From NCBI RefSeq assembly GCF_006345805.1, contig NC_043004.1, positions 95,790,001-95,854,000 of the forward strand: a stretch of DNA of 64,000 bases, in the 5' to 3' direction. The translations under genes were made by a program, and so were the position numbers. The stretch comes from Octopus sinensis. Its lineage: Eukaryota. The notes beneath the pieces are model-generated. The model was not told the DNA's origin. It ran no database searches and saw only the letters and a list, made by a program, of their open reading frames with translations. This document shows positions 47,871-61,251 of the stretch, one piece after another (within the stretch, counting starts at the first letter, position 1; every line of letters begins with the position of its first letter).

Positions 47871-48910
47871 ACCACTTTTACTCTTTTATTTATCCTTTTC
47901 TTTGTTTCATGTGGAACCAGCACCCGCACCAACACTTTTTATGTGACACCTCAGTTTTAGATTCTCAGTTCTGTTGTGGTGTGTGGGTGTTCTTGAGCAC
48001 AGCAATGCACCACATATCTTGATCCTCTGTTGTCTTCTTTGTAAGATTCAGCATTGTACCATAGTTGTAAATGAGTATCACTGTCATATAAGCAGTGTCA
48101 TTCTTTTTCAATATTCTGTGTAAGCATGTCTGATCATGCAAGCACTGATAAGTGGACATTAAAATGATGACGACACACACACACACACACACACACACAT
48201 GCATGCATTCACACATGCATATACAATCACACATGCCATGTATGCACAGTCGCTATTTCTAGCAACTGAGTTACCATGCAGAGGGTCTGTCTCTTGTTTG
48301 ATATGTGTAATGTGTATAGAAAGTATACATTTATGTACAGCAAACATAAACGAATATATAACACCCACCACAAAGTAGATTGTTATTAACTGTTATTAAT
48401 AATGATAAAGTCCTCCTATATGAGACTGTTATAACACGTTTTTATGAGACATTTTATTAGTCTGTGCAATATCTCTTATATTGCAGTTTGCTAACTAGAC
48501 TTGTTTGATACTCTAACCAGCCATAACCTCTGGTGGAAAAATCTAATCACAATATACATGTAACAGAATAATTGTGTTTGTTTATAGTGATCTATAAGTG
48601 AAGTTTGATAAGTAATTAATTCAACTTCAGTATGTTTGTGATATTGCATTCACTGACATCTCTGCTCTCATGAGACTATGAAAAGATATAGAGTTTTAAC
48701 TGCACAACTTTCTTTACCAAGCAGCCATATGTTTGTTTGTTTTGTTTTTTTTTGTTCTGTTTTATTTTTTTAAGACATGGTGGGTAACAGTTAAAATAAT
48801 GGATGCCGACATTTTATGGAAACCAGTCTTGGGAAAATTAAGGAAAAAGTGACACCATTGAGATTTGAACTCAAAAAATGGCACAAGCAAAGTAAGATGA
48901 AATCTTTTAT

Positions 48911-49321
48911 CTGTTAGCTTTTATTTGTTTTTAGTTATTTTTGACTGCGGTCATGCTGGAACACCACCTTCAAGGATTTTAGTTGAACAAATCAACCCCA
49001 GGGCTTATTTTTTAAAGCTTAGTACTTATTCTATCAGTCTCTTTTACCAAACTACTTGGTTACTGGAATGTAAACACACCAACACCGGTTGTTGAGTGGT
49101 GATGGTGGTGGTGGTGGTGGAGACAAACGCAGACCCAAAAACACACACATAGATATATATTCACATATATATATATATATACGACAGTCTTCTTTCAGTT
49201 TCCACCTACCAAATCCACCCACAAGGCTTTGGTTGGCCGAAGGCTATAGTAGAAGGTGCCAAGCAGCGGTACTGAACCTGGAAACCATGTGGCTGAGAAG
49301 AAAGCTTCTTACCACATGGCC
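48911..49321 (-). mobile_element. SINE family A, diverged
   Basis: Colinear. Further fragments at 49365-49795. Confidence 0.75.
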
Positions 49322-50039
49322 AAATATTTACTTTAGTTTAATTGCTATTTTATTTTTTATTGTTATCTTCTACTTGCTTCAGTCATTTGGCTGTGGCCAA
49401 GCTGGAGCACTGCTTTGAAGTATTTTAGTCAAATAGATTGACTCTAGTACTTATTTTTAAAGCCTGGTACTTACTCTTTGGATCTCTTTTGTTGAACTGT
49501 TCAGTTAAAGATATAAATCCTTAAATCCTTAAAAATGATTTAGCCCGAAGGCCGCGGCCATACTGGGGAACCACCACTAATAAGTTAATAAACCTAAATC
49601 AGTTGTCATGTGGTGGTGGGAGACACATGCAAACACACACACAACAGGCTTCTTTTAGTTTCTGTTTACCATCCTCTCACAAAGCTTTGGTCAGCCCAGG
49701 GCTATAGTAAAAGATGCTGGTCCAAGGTACTTTGCAGTGGGACTGAACCCAAAACCATGTGGTTGAGAAATAAGCATCTTACCACACAGCCACATGTTCG
49801 AGTACCTAAGATATTTGGTTACCAAACTGAACTATACTGTCATCTGGCAAACTGATGACATCTGTCATCTGGTAAACAGACACTACAATAGTTTTTAGCT
49901 TATATCTCCTTCAGAAGTTTTATTGTTTAATTCTAGTTATGACGATTTAGTAAAGATCTGTTGGTGAAGTCACTTATCATAGGTTAGTATAATGTGGCGA
50001 AATGGCAGAATCATTTTTCTGTATTTCTTCCAACTGTAC

Positions 50040-50430
50040 ATTCATCATCATCATTGTTTAACATCCGTTTTCCATGCTAGCAAGGGTTGGACAGTTCGAC
50101 CGGGGTCTGGGAAGCCAGGAGGCAGCGCCAGGCTCCAGTCTTATCTGGCAGTGTTTCTACAGCTGGATGCCCTTCCTAATGCCAACCATTCCATGAGTGT
50201 AGTGGGTGCTTTTTACATGTCACCAGCACAGGGGACAGAGGAGACAAGCAAATGGCCACGATCGGTTGGTGATTTTTACGTGTCACCAACACGGATGCCA
50301 GCCAGGCGGTGCTGGCATCAGCCACGTTTGGACGGTGCTTTTTACATGCCACCAGCATGGGTATCATAACTACAATTTCTATTTAATTTTTATTTTGATG
50401 TTGGTGTTGACGTACTTGACTCAATAGGTC
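50040..50430 (-). mobile_element. Family D element
   Basis: (CAT)n tail and CTGGATGCCCTTCCTAATGCC body. Confidence 0.8.
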
Positions 50431-51467
50431 TCCTCAAGCACAGCAGGTTCTGTGTTCAAATTCCACCAAGGTCAGGTTTGCTTTTTATCTTTTCAGGCTC
50501 AATGAAATAAGTACCAGTCAAATATTGAGGTCCATGTAATTGACTAATCTCCTTCCCAAAATTTCAAGCCTTGTTCCTACATTCCTACAGTAGAAAAGAT
50601 TATAGGTCTGTATTCTTTCCAGTAGAATTTTTATCTATCATCTGATGAAAGCCATAACATCTGTGCTAAATCTCAACTTTTCTAAGTTTACGGTAGTTTT
50701 CTTTTCTTTTCTTGTATAGTTCCATGTAAAGTAAAGATGTAGTTTGAAGATGATAATGTAATTATAATGTTATATTGATTTTATGTGTATAATTTCTTCT
50801 TGCATCTTTAATGAAGTAGTATGTAGTAATTAGCTATGAACTATGATGGAGAACATCTGGATTACTATGTTTTCTGGCAAAGTAATTAGCAACAGGATTA
50901 ACAGACCAAAACAGAGTGTATCATGATAAACAGATAAAAAAATGTACAGCAGTATGATAAATGGGCCAAGATTTATTGTAATGTGAATAAATAGACAAAA
51001 GTTGAGTGGCAATACTTTTAAATATAAAAATATATATAGTAGCACGATAGTTTGTGAAATATATATAGCAACATGATAAATAGACACCTGCCTCAACCTT
51101 TGTCCACCTCTGCTATTACCAATCACTCCCCCCACCTTACTTACTCTTGCCTTTATCTTGTCAACTATTTCTACCTTTGTACACCTGTCATTGTCAATCT
51201 CAGCATTTTTCCTGGTCACCTTTTCATATTTCTACCTTCTCCCCATTATAATTTTGTTTCTTCTACCTGTCTACCAATTCTAGTCTCTTCTGATGTCAGT
51301 CTTCTTCCTCTTTTTTCTCTCCAGCTCCCCTCCTTGGTCATCTGTATTAATGAAGGGACCCTACTTTTTTTTATTACTATCTGTGTCTACATTTACTTCC
51401 CAATCTCCTCCTGTCTAATAACCATTTACGGCCTTTCTGTCATCATTGTTCTGTTTCCAAATTAACT

Positions 51468-51774
51468 ATGTTACTTCACCCTCCATATTCCCCAGATATT
51501 GCTCCTTCAGATTTCCACTTATTCAGGTCTCTGCAGAATAGTCTTAATGGTAAAAATTTCAATTCCTTAGATGACGTAGAAAGATACCCTGATGAATTCT
51601 TTGCCATGAAACCACCACAATTCTGGGAAGAGGGTATTTTCAAGTTAAAGGAAAGATGGAGACGCATTGTGCAACAAAATGGTTCATTTTTGGTTGATTA
51701 AAAATGTAATGCCAAGTATTTATTGACCTTTTTCTTTCCTTTAAAAATTGGCACAAACTTTCCGGACAACCCAA
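51468..51774 (+). mobile_element. mariner transposon 3' remnant
   Basis: HPPYSPDIAPSDFHLFRSLQNSL..WRRIVQQNG, right TIR GGCACAAACTTTCCGGACAACCCAA|TA. Confidence 0.9.
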
Positions 51775-52214
51775 TAGTTTTGGTTCTAGGACTGGTCAAC
51801 ATGTTGAGTTCTTGAGCAAAACACTTCATTTCACATTGCTCCGGTCCAATCAACTGGCAAAAATGAATAATTCATCAACAGACTGGTGTCCCATCAAGGT
51901 GAGGAATTTATACGCCATGAAACTTGGAAACTAGTTCTTCTGAATTAGTATGACTTGAAAAGGTAATTCTTTTATTCTTATATTCTTTGATATGTTTCAG
52001 TCATTTGACTGCGACCATGTTGGAGCATCGCCTTTAGTTGAACAAATCGATCCCAGGACTTATTCTTTTGTAAGCCTAATACTTATTCTATCGGTCTCTT
52101 TCGCTGAACCGCTAAGTTACAGGGTCATAAACACACCAACATCAGTTGTCTAGCGATGATGGTAGGGACAAACACAGACACACAAACACATACTTATATA
52201 TACACTATATGCCT

Positions 52215-52287
52215 GTGGGCATATTGCGTAGTGGTTAAGAGCACGGGCTACTAACCCCAAAATTCCAAGTTCGATTCCAGGAAGTGA

Positions 52288-52350
<63 letters not shown>

Positions 52351-52507
52351 CAACAACATTAAAAAAATACCTTAGGAATGAGAACCTAGGTTTGAAATTT
52401 CCTTAAGACATCTGATGAAGGCTGGAGGGTATATCAGCCGAAACATTGTGTTAACAACAAACAAGACAAGAACAAATATCCGTCAAATGTAAAAAAATGT
52501 AAATAAT
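52215..52507 (+). mobile_element. Composite element: tRNA-like Pol III head + (AAT)n + hammerhead-bearing PLE-like tail
   Basis: A box TAGTGGTTAAG (52229), B box AGTTCGATTCC (52268), (AAT)n at 52292-52346, hammerhead at 52408-52451. Confidence 0.75.
52408..52451 (+). ncRNA. Minimal type I hammerhead motif
   Basis: ACAU-CUGAUGA-A-GGCUG(gaggguauau)CAGCC-GAAAC-AUU-GUGU. Intact core and stem II. Stem III carries a probable G-to-A decay of palindromic AACGUU. Confidence 0.65.
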
Positions 52508-52825
52508 ATACAATGGGTTTCTTTCAGTTTCCATCTACCAAATCCACTCACAAGGCTTTGGTTGACCCAAGGCAATAGTGGAAGACATGCAGTGGGACTG
52601 AACTCAAACACATGTGGTTGGTAAGCAAGCTACTCACCACAGAGCCATGCCTGCGCCTTTACTTTTTTCCTTTTTTGCTGTTTCACACCTATTCTAAATT
52701 AAAGTAGAATCTACAATTTCAAAGAATCTGGTGATGATCCATGTTAGCAAACAATTGGTTCACAGAAGAATCTATTGAGCTTAGTTTCTATGAGGAGAGA
52801 AAATTCTAACATTGATGGTCCTTAC

Positions 52826-52943
52826 ACTTTGTCTTCCTGCTTGTTAGACTTGGGACAGATTTTCTACTCTCAACAGCAACTGAACAATCAAATTCTTTGA
52901 TTTTTAAGAGATCACTTAATTCTCAGTGGACTAATTCACCTCC
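52826..52943 (-). pseudogene. Candidate 118-bp exon with one in-frame TGA
   Basis: Acceptor CCTCCATTTTACAG, donor AGT|GTAAGG. Reads GGELVH*ELSDLLKIKEFDCSVAVESRKSVPSLTSRKTK. Confidence 0.25.
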
Positions 52944-53882
52944 CTGTAAAATGGAGGTTCATTACACTCAGGACTAGCAGACAAGAATAACTGATAAATA
53001 TCATGTGCATCTACTCACCAGCATCATTGCTTGCCCTGCCAACACCACCACCACCACCACCACCTTGTTGTTGTTCATGTTGATGATTGTAGTAGTGATT
53101 ATGATGCTGATGACTGAGGTGACAGTGACGATGACAATATTGATGATGATGATGATAACGACAATAATAACGACGATGAAAATGATGATGATGACGATAA
53201 TGATGACAACGATGGTGAAAATGATGACAATGTTGGTGGTGGTAGTGGTGGTGGTGATGATGATAATGATGATGTAATGTCTACTCTTAGCGAGTTGGTA
53301 CCACGACTCACCGTCCCAGTCTTTCCTGTGCTAACCTCACACATTCACTGTCTGTCCAATTCTTGATATTATTCATTCATATATTTCTTAGTTTTTGCTT
53401 CTTTTCAAAATTCCTCAGTTTGCTTTCTAATAACAGTCTGTGTAAACTATGTTTTTCTAATTAACCAACTGAAATATTTAGTCTTGTGTATTTGAGATAT
53501 CAAATAATTTTTTTTTTTTTTGGTTTTTTGTTTTTCTAGCTATTTCTAGTTCTTCATCAGTGGTTTTCTGATTTTTTTTTCTGTGATGTTCTCATTTTCA
53601 ATACTATTTTTGCTTAGATCCTCTCATGAATTATAATTCAGAGCGTGGACCTCATCAAAATCTCTAGACATTCATTTACTACATTCAGGATTACTGGACA
53701 TTTCTTTCACAGCAGTTTTAGAACAAATAAAAATATTTTGGAGCACTGTGTTGATACTCACAGCTACATGGTTTCCGGTTCTACATCACTTGTGCACATG
53801 TATAGGCTATCATACCCTTGGTTTGACCAATGCCTTTTGAGAGATGTTTGGTATAGACAGAAACTGTACAGAAGTCCATTTG

Positions 53883-54179
53883 TTAGTTCCGTCTCAAGCC
53901 ACACTTGACTCATTAGGGCCGGTTCCCTGGTTTCCTTAGCATATAGGTTCCCCACCTGGATGGGACACCGGTCCATCGCAGGTGAGCTGCAAGATGCAGG
54001 AGGAAAGAGTGAGAGAAAGATGTGGTGAAAGAGTCAGCAGAAGTTCACCATTACCTTCTGCCAAAGCTGCGTGGAGCTTAGGTGTTTCGCTCAAAAACAC
54101 ACACATCACCTGGTCTGAGATTCGAACCCGCGATCTCTCAACTGCGAGTCCACTGCTCTAACCACTAGGCCAAGTGCCT
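53883..54179 (-). mobile_element. tRNA-derived SINE (head shared with 32048-32435, different tail)
   Basis: GGCACTTGGCCTAGTGGTTAGAGC..GGGTTCGAATCTC head and GCGATGGACCGGTGTCCCATCCAGG tail. Confidence 0.8.
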
Positions 54180-54269
54180 ATACATACAGAAGTCCATTGC
54201 ATATATGAGTGTGAGTGTGTGTGAGTGTGTGTGTGTGTTTATGTCCATGCTTACATTTACCATTATGCT

Positions 54270-54560
54270 GGCACAAGAACATGAGGATGACCTCATTTTT
54301 GTTTCAAGAAAATCTACAAGAGAGAGATATGAAGTCAATAGATCTGGACATCCAGAGATGGAAGGAGGTCACAAATGATCCCCCATGCTGGAGACAAGTA
54401 CTGTGCAAGGGATAGAGTGAGGGGAATAAAAACTGGAACTTGCCACTGAAGAAAAGCATGCTCAAAGAAAGTAAAAGTCATAGCATTGGTGGAGAGCTTC
54501 TTCAAACGCAGTCACTGCATCCATGGCTGCCACCCCTCACAAAACTCACCAGGTGCAGAT
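54270..54560 (+). mobile_element. RTE-type LINE ORF2 C-terminal remnant (second family)
   Basis: RDMKSIDLDIQRWKEVTND..WRQVLCKG..EEKHAQRK. Confidence 0.6.
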
Positions 54561-54971
54561 CGTTTAATTTTGTTTTGTTTCTTAAAATGGTATGACATAA
54601 TTTTGAGGGAGATTTCATTGATATTTCTAGCCAGTGGTCAGCCATGTAGAGAGACTCTTACCATTGGTTTGTGGTTGCAGGGGGAGTCACCACAGCACTA
54701 GGTCGTGAAAGTAATATTAAGTTATGCCTATCTCTCTCCCCCTCTCCCCCTCTCTCTCCCCTCATTCTTCCTTTCTCTCTCCCCTCTCTCCCCCTCTCTC
54801 TCCCTCTCTCTCTCTTTCTTACTTGCCCTCTTTTTTTCACTCCCACTCTCCCATACTCATATTCTAACCCGCACAGCAAGCACCACCAGTGTCACCAGTG
54901 CCTACCACTGCCATTATCGCTGCAACCACCACCACCACCACCACCACCACCTCCTCTTTTTCCTCCTCTGG

Positions 54972-55003
<32 letters not shown>

Positions 55004-55759
55004 GTTACTTGATATAAAGTTAACAACAACAACATGTAAAACAAGAACTAGCAGGCTTCATTTCAGAATTTGCTGTTGTTTATTTCAGATTTGCAATTTT
55101 AGCTGGAAATTTTAAACTTCATAACTTTATAAATTTATAATGATTTTATATCCCAACATCAGCGGAGAAGATTCAGATTAAAAAATAAAGAGAAACATAG
55201 AAAAAAATACAAATCTGTCAATATATGTCAAACTTTTGTGATAATTTAGTGGAAAATTTACAAAATAGGGGAAAAAAACAAACTAACAAAAATATTGAAA
55301 TTTGAATACAAATTGATAAAACATCTCAAATTATTTATTGAATTTTAATTCAAATTGAATTCCAATTTCAGATTTTTACTAATCCTGATTAAAGTTTTTT
55401 TGAGAGTGTCACACTTTTGTTTATTTGAAATTTCAAGCCAAAAAACAAAAAAAAACAAAAAATTCAAGCTGAGTAAAATATTATGAAATTGTCTGTCCTT
55501 GAACAAAACTTTTCTCCAGATGAAATTCTCAAGACTTGGTTTTTAGAATCTATTGTTTAATTCTGATAATGTAACCATGCTGGGGCACCACCTTTATTCA
55601 GCTATATCGGTAATGCACAATGTGGGTGAGTCATAGAGACCAGAAATGGGCTACGCATTTCTTGGCTATATGGCTCAATATTTTGAGAGCATAGTGACCA
55701 CGGACTTCTCACTATCCCACTAATCTTATTTTTTTTATCACTCAGTTTGATATTTCTTT

Positions 55760-56149
55760 ATTTTAGATGAGCAAAACGCCCCCAGTCAAATGGACAGGGC
55801 TAAGTTGTCAAACATTTAAACCAAATTTTCTCAAAACAACTTGTTCGACTGTCCCATAGTCCTCCTCTTTGAGAAACACTGATTTAACCTAAATTTGAGA
55901 TTCCAGCAAAAGAAGAAATAAAGATAGACTTTTTTCTATTCCAAGAAAAACGATTTTACAAATGCACGTTCTCATGGCTTTATCAATCACATTCTTACCT
56001 GAAATCGATTTTTGTAAATTTTTCAAGACTTATACACGCCCTGATACCATCGGTATCTACATATCAAATTTGAGCGCAATCGGATGGAGGATACCCGAGA
56101 TCCTAGAAGAGACACACACAGACAGACAGAACGAATTTTATATAATAGA
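55760..56149 (-). mobile_element. Non-autonomous Helitron-like element, 5' part
   Basis: A|TCTATTATATAAAA start, (CTGT)n microsatellite and CCGATT..CTCAAATTTG segment. No clear 3' CTAG end found. Confidence 0.45.
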
Positions 56150-56214
56150 TGAATCTTGTGGTTTTTATCATCACTTTCACCCTCCTCCTCCTCCACTTCC
56201 CCTCCTCCCCATCT

Positions 56215-56720
56215 CAGGACTTATTCTTTGGAAGCCTAGTACTTATTCTATCGGTCTCTTTTTGCTGAACCGCTAAGTTATGGGGACGTAAACACACCAG
56301 CATCGGTTGTCAAGCAATATTGGGGCGTCAAACACAGACACACAAACATATACACAAACATATACACACACATACCCCTCTGCAAAAAGAACTCAAATTT
56401 TATTTGATTTGCTTTTCACAGGAAGGAAAGTTTCTATCAAAGATGCGTCTCGCCTTCACCTTCAAAACGCAGAGTAGATGAAACCATGGCGACTGAAGAA
56501 GGGGTTTTTTCCTTGTGTTATTTGTCCTGTACTCTATTTTTTTGTTGTTTAAGAAAAATGTCCAGTTCCTTGGTTTCGTGTCTATGTTTTCGTTTCTCAT
56601 TGTGTTCGACGTTTTTTGGGGTGTCCTGTTCTCATATATGAGTGTATATATACATGTAGAGGTAGGTACGTACATATATGTATATATATATATATGCATA
56701 TGTTTTATTTATTAATATAT

Positions 56721-56753
<33 letters not shown>

Positions 56754-56915
56754 GACAAGCTTCTTTCAGTTTCCGTCTACCAAATCCACTCACAAGGCTT
56801 TGGTCAGCCCGAGGCTATAGTAGAAGACACTTGCACAAGGTGTCACGCAGTGGGAATGAACCCGGAACCATGTGGTTGGTAAGCAAGCTACTTACCACAC
56901 AGCCACTCCTACACC
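56215..56915 (-). mobile_element. SINE family A split by a 56376-56700 insertion
   Basis: Tail part at 56215-56375 and head part at 56745-56915. Confidence 0.8.
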
Positions 56916-57635
56916 TAAAGAAGAAAGGTAGATCTCACGAGACGGATAAAAACATTGTTAAAATATTTTGTGCATTGTAAAAGTATAATCAATCTATTGC
57001 AGATAAATTTTAACAACAAAATATTATGATGACCCCCCCCCCACCACCACCAAGGGCCATATGGACTCCTGTTGAGATCCACAGCTCTAGATCACTATTG
57101 AGAACTACTGCTCTAGCAAGTAAAAAAAATGGTAGATAATGCCATCACTGTTACTGCATATAATGTATACTTTTCTTCCACCTTCAACTCCATCCTTGTA
57201 ACCCACATCACTGACAGACCATTTGCTGCAGTTCCAGTGTAGTATCTTGACCAATGCCATCTTCCGTTTGACTGTTCTGTATAACAATGACACTCTAAAC
57301 TTTTTCACAGTCAATGTCCAAACGAGAGAAACATTCCTGCCTAGACTGCTGTCATCCATGGTGCCATATATCAGACAGCTATGGATTTCAGCAGTCCCCA
57401 GTGATAGCCAATGCCATTAGAGTGACATAAAACAAATTGTATCAAAGATTTCCTTATTTAAATCATATCTGTCATGTAACTAAATCTCTTAATTGATGTG
57501 AATTTTGATGTGCTCTGGTAAATATATATGTATGCATGCATGTGTGTGGGCTGTGACGATATAAATGCATGTATGTATATGTGTGTGTGCTTGTGTGTTT
57601 GTATATATATATATAAATATTTGTATGTATTTCTG

Positions 57636-57674
<39 letters not shown>

Positions 57675-57687
57675 TATATACTATATA

Positions 57688-58622
57688 CGTAAAAAGCACT
57701 ATCCGACTCGGGGCCGTGGCACGTAAAATACTCCAATTCGACGTACGACAGCACCCATGCCAACCCCCTTTGTTGTGAAGACATGTTGGGGCAAGCGAAA
57801 TCGAAATCGAATTGAACCGCCAGGAATCCCTGGTCTGGTGGTAGTAAAGCACTATCCGACCCGTGGCCGTGGCACTCGTAAAATACTTCAATGCGACCGT
57901 ACGAAAGGCACCCTTGCCAACCCCCTTTGCTTGTGAAGACATGTTGGGGCAAGCGAAATCGAAATCGAATTGAACCAGCCAGGATCCCTGGTCTGGTGGT
58001 ACGTAAAAGCACTATCCGACTCGGGGCCGTGGCACGTAAAATACTCCAATTCGACCGTACGACAGGCACCCATGCCAACCCCCTTTGTGTGAAGACATGT
58101 TGGGGCAAGCGAAATCGAAATCGAATTGAACCAGCCAGGATCCCTGGTCTGGTGGTACGTAAAGCACTATCCGACCGTGGCCGTGGCACGTAAATACTCA
58201 ATGCGACCGTACGACAGGCACCCTTGCCAACCCCCTTTGCTTGTGAAGACATGTTGGGGCAAGCGAAATCGAAATCGAATTGAACCAGCCAGGATCCCTG
58301 GTCTGGTGGTACGTAAAAAGCACTATCCGACTCGTGGCCGATGCCAGCGCCGCCTCGACTGGCTTCCGTGCGGTGGCACATAAAATACACCAATCTGACG
58401 TGGCCGTTGCCAGCCCCGCCTGGCACCTGTGCAGGTGGCACGTAAAAAGCACCCACTACACTCACGGAGTGGTTGGCGTTAGGAAGGGCATCCAGCTGTA
58501 GAAACATTGCCAGATCAGACTGGAGCCTGGTGCAGCCTTCTGGCTTCCCAGAACCCCGGTCGAACCGTCCAACCCATGCTAGCATGGAGAACGGACGTTA
58601 AACGACGATGATGACGATGATG
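57688..58622 (+). mobile_element. Family D element with a 5' tandem array of about 156-bp units
   Basis: GCACTATCCGAC recurs at 57696, 57849, 58009, 58164 and 58320, followed by the standard body and (GAT)n tail. Confidence 0.85.
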
Positions 58623-58671
58623 ATATATACACACACATATTTGTTTGTGCATTTTTGTATATATCCTTTTA

Positions 58672-58929
58672 TTCTTTTCCTTGTTTAAGTCACTTGACTG
58701 CGGCCATGCTAGAGCAACGCCTTGAAAGGTTTCAGTTGGAGAAATCAATCCCAAGGCTTATTCTTTGTAAGACTAGTACTTATTCTATTGGTCTTTTTTA
58801 CTGAACTGCCAAGTTATGGAAACGTAAACACACCAATATTGGTTGTTAAACGATGGTGGCAGGGACAAACACAGACACAAAGACAGCTACACACATAACC
58901 ATGTACACACACACGCACACACACACACA

Positions 58930-58962
<33 letters not shown>

Positions 58963-59112
58963 ACTTGCTTCTTTCAGCTTTTGCCTCCCAAATACATTCA
59001 CAAGGTTTTGGTCAGCCCAAGACTACAGGAGAAAACACTTGCCCAAGGTGCAACACAGTGGGACTGAGCCTGGCTGGGAAGCAAGCTTCTTACTACACAG
59101 TCATGCCTGCAG
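58672..59112 (-). mobile_element. SINE family A, diverged
   Basis: Colinear copy. Confidence 0.8.
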
Positions 59113-59696
59113 CTATGCACCTATATACATATATATATATCATCATTATCATCATCATCATCATCATCATCACCTAGTGTTTTAAATCCGGGTTTTGTCC
59201 CTGTTAATTGGGGTGGCTGGATCTACCTCAATGCCATAGCAACTGAGGTAGGCACATGTAGCCCAGTTCCAACTTTTGGGCTGGTTGGTGCCCATTCTCC
59301 TTTGCTATTGTGAGGCGTTTTTTGGAGCTGGATTTTCTACAGGGAGCATGCCCTTCCTTACTCCCCAAATTCATGTTTTGGTCCCAAGACCAAGGCCTCT
59401 ACCATGATTTTCAAGAAATGTGGTGAAAAACTAGCTCAGCAATGCAGGGACGCTACTCACTGAGACCCATTTTGGAACGCCCCCACCTTATATATATATG
59501 TAGCTATTGAAAGAGAGACAGAGTATTGCTTCTTCCATTAATTGTAGCTAAGTTGTGGGGATGTAAAGACACCAACATTGATTGTCCAGCAATGATGCCC
59601 ACACACATGATCTATACATACATAAATACATAAATACATAAATACATACATATATATATATTACATATATATACACACACACATATATATTATATA

Positions 59697-59734
<38 letters not shown>

Positions 59735-60289
59735 TATAAAGTAACGATTTGTGCTGGGTTGAAGTGCTAACTTCCCCTATTCGAAAATATAAAGACATAG
59801 ATCGTGTGTGTCGTACAGCCAGTTGGAGACAATGTCTCCTGGGGCTAAACAGCAGTAGCATTCACCCCAAAATGTGACTGCCACATTAGGTTGGCAAATA
59901 ACCTTTACTTTAAAGTGCTGCTACTGAATATCTCTCATTGAGAGATTTACAAACAACAATGTTTCTGTTTCATTAGATCAGTGATTGTGAGTCACTTCGA
60001 AAATTATACACGTTTTTGAATGGGTGTTTAGCAGTGCCATCTCTGTTGAAGAGTCATTCTGTGCTGACAAAGAGAAATAACCCTGAAACCGTACGGTCCA
60101 CAGATACTGCTTTGTGCTGGGTAGGGGTGCTAAACAAATAAAAGAATATATATATATATATACTGAGAGAGAGAATTGACTTTTCAATTGATTGTAGACA
60201 TGCGCAAATATAAACAGAGGGATATGTGTTTGTTGTGTTTTGTGTGTGATAGTATGTGCCCAGGTATATGTGTCCAAAGGTGTAAGAGT

Positions 60290-60960
60290 GTGTGAAGGTG
60301 TGTGAAAGAGGGAAAAAGTGATATGAAAGAAATTAAAGATCAAATGAAAGAAGGAAGAAAGAAAATGAAAATACATCAGAATGAAGGTGTGGGTATGAAA
60401 GAAGGAACGAAGGAACAAATGAGGTTAATGAAAGAAAAATTAAGGAGAGCAAGAAAGACATGGGTTGTTCCTGTCAAATTGTCTAACCCATGCCAGCATG
60501 GAAAACGGACGTAATATGATGATGAAGAGGAGGAGGACTGAAAGAAATTGGATTAAAGAAAATCAAAGCAAGCAAAAAAAAACAAACAAACAGAAAGAAG
60601 GAATAAAGGAAAAAAGGAAAAACAGGAAAGGAAGGGAAAGAAAAAATGAAAGAACAAAGTAAAAAATAGGGAAAAGGGAAACTGAGGAAGGAAGAGAGAG
60701 CCATAATGAAAGAAATGAAATTGAAAAGAAGTAGAAAAGAAAGAGAAAGAAAAAGAGAGTGTGAAAGAAAAGAAGAACAGAAAAGCAATTAAAATTAAAA
60801 AAAAAAGGAAGGAAACTAGGAAAGGAAGAAGGAGAGAAAGAAAAAGAAAAGAAGAAAGGCAGAAAGCTAACATGAAAGAAATTAAACATAGATAAATAAA
60901 AGATCTAATAGAAAAAGTGAAAGGAATAAAAAAAAAATTATGAATGAAACTAAAGATTGA
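60290..60960. repeat. Purine-rich (GA/AAAG) low-complexity tract
   Basis: Direct reading. It explains the F/S/L-rich antisense ORFs. Confidence 0.85.
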
Positions 60961-61195
60961 ATAATTTCTGTTATATATCAGATTTGATTGAAGTGGAAGA
61001 AAGAGTGTATAGAAGAGAAATATCAGATTTTGCATTACACTTGAGTAATATAGAGTCCAGGTAGAATTTCTGTTGTCAAAGACATGAAGTAGAATTGATT
61101 TCAATTGATGTTAATACTGAAAGAGCTAAATGAATAACCAATTACATCTTTATGTGTCTTGGGTATATGGTGTGTGTGTATATATATATATTATA

Positions 61196-61251
<56 letters not shown>

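Larger units (their letters stand above)
51985..52660 (-). mobile_element. SINE family A split by the 52215-52507 insertion
   Basis: 3' part at 51985-52200 and 5' part at 52512-52660. Confidence 0.8.

Noticed and set aside
56470-56515. GAAAC..CTGAAGA in the SINE-A insertion
   Set aside because: Motif order and spacing do not fit any hammerhead topology.
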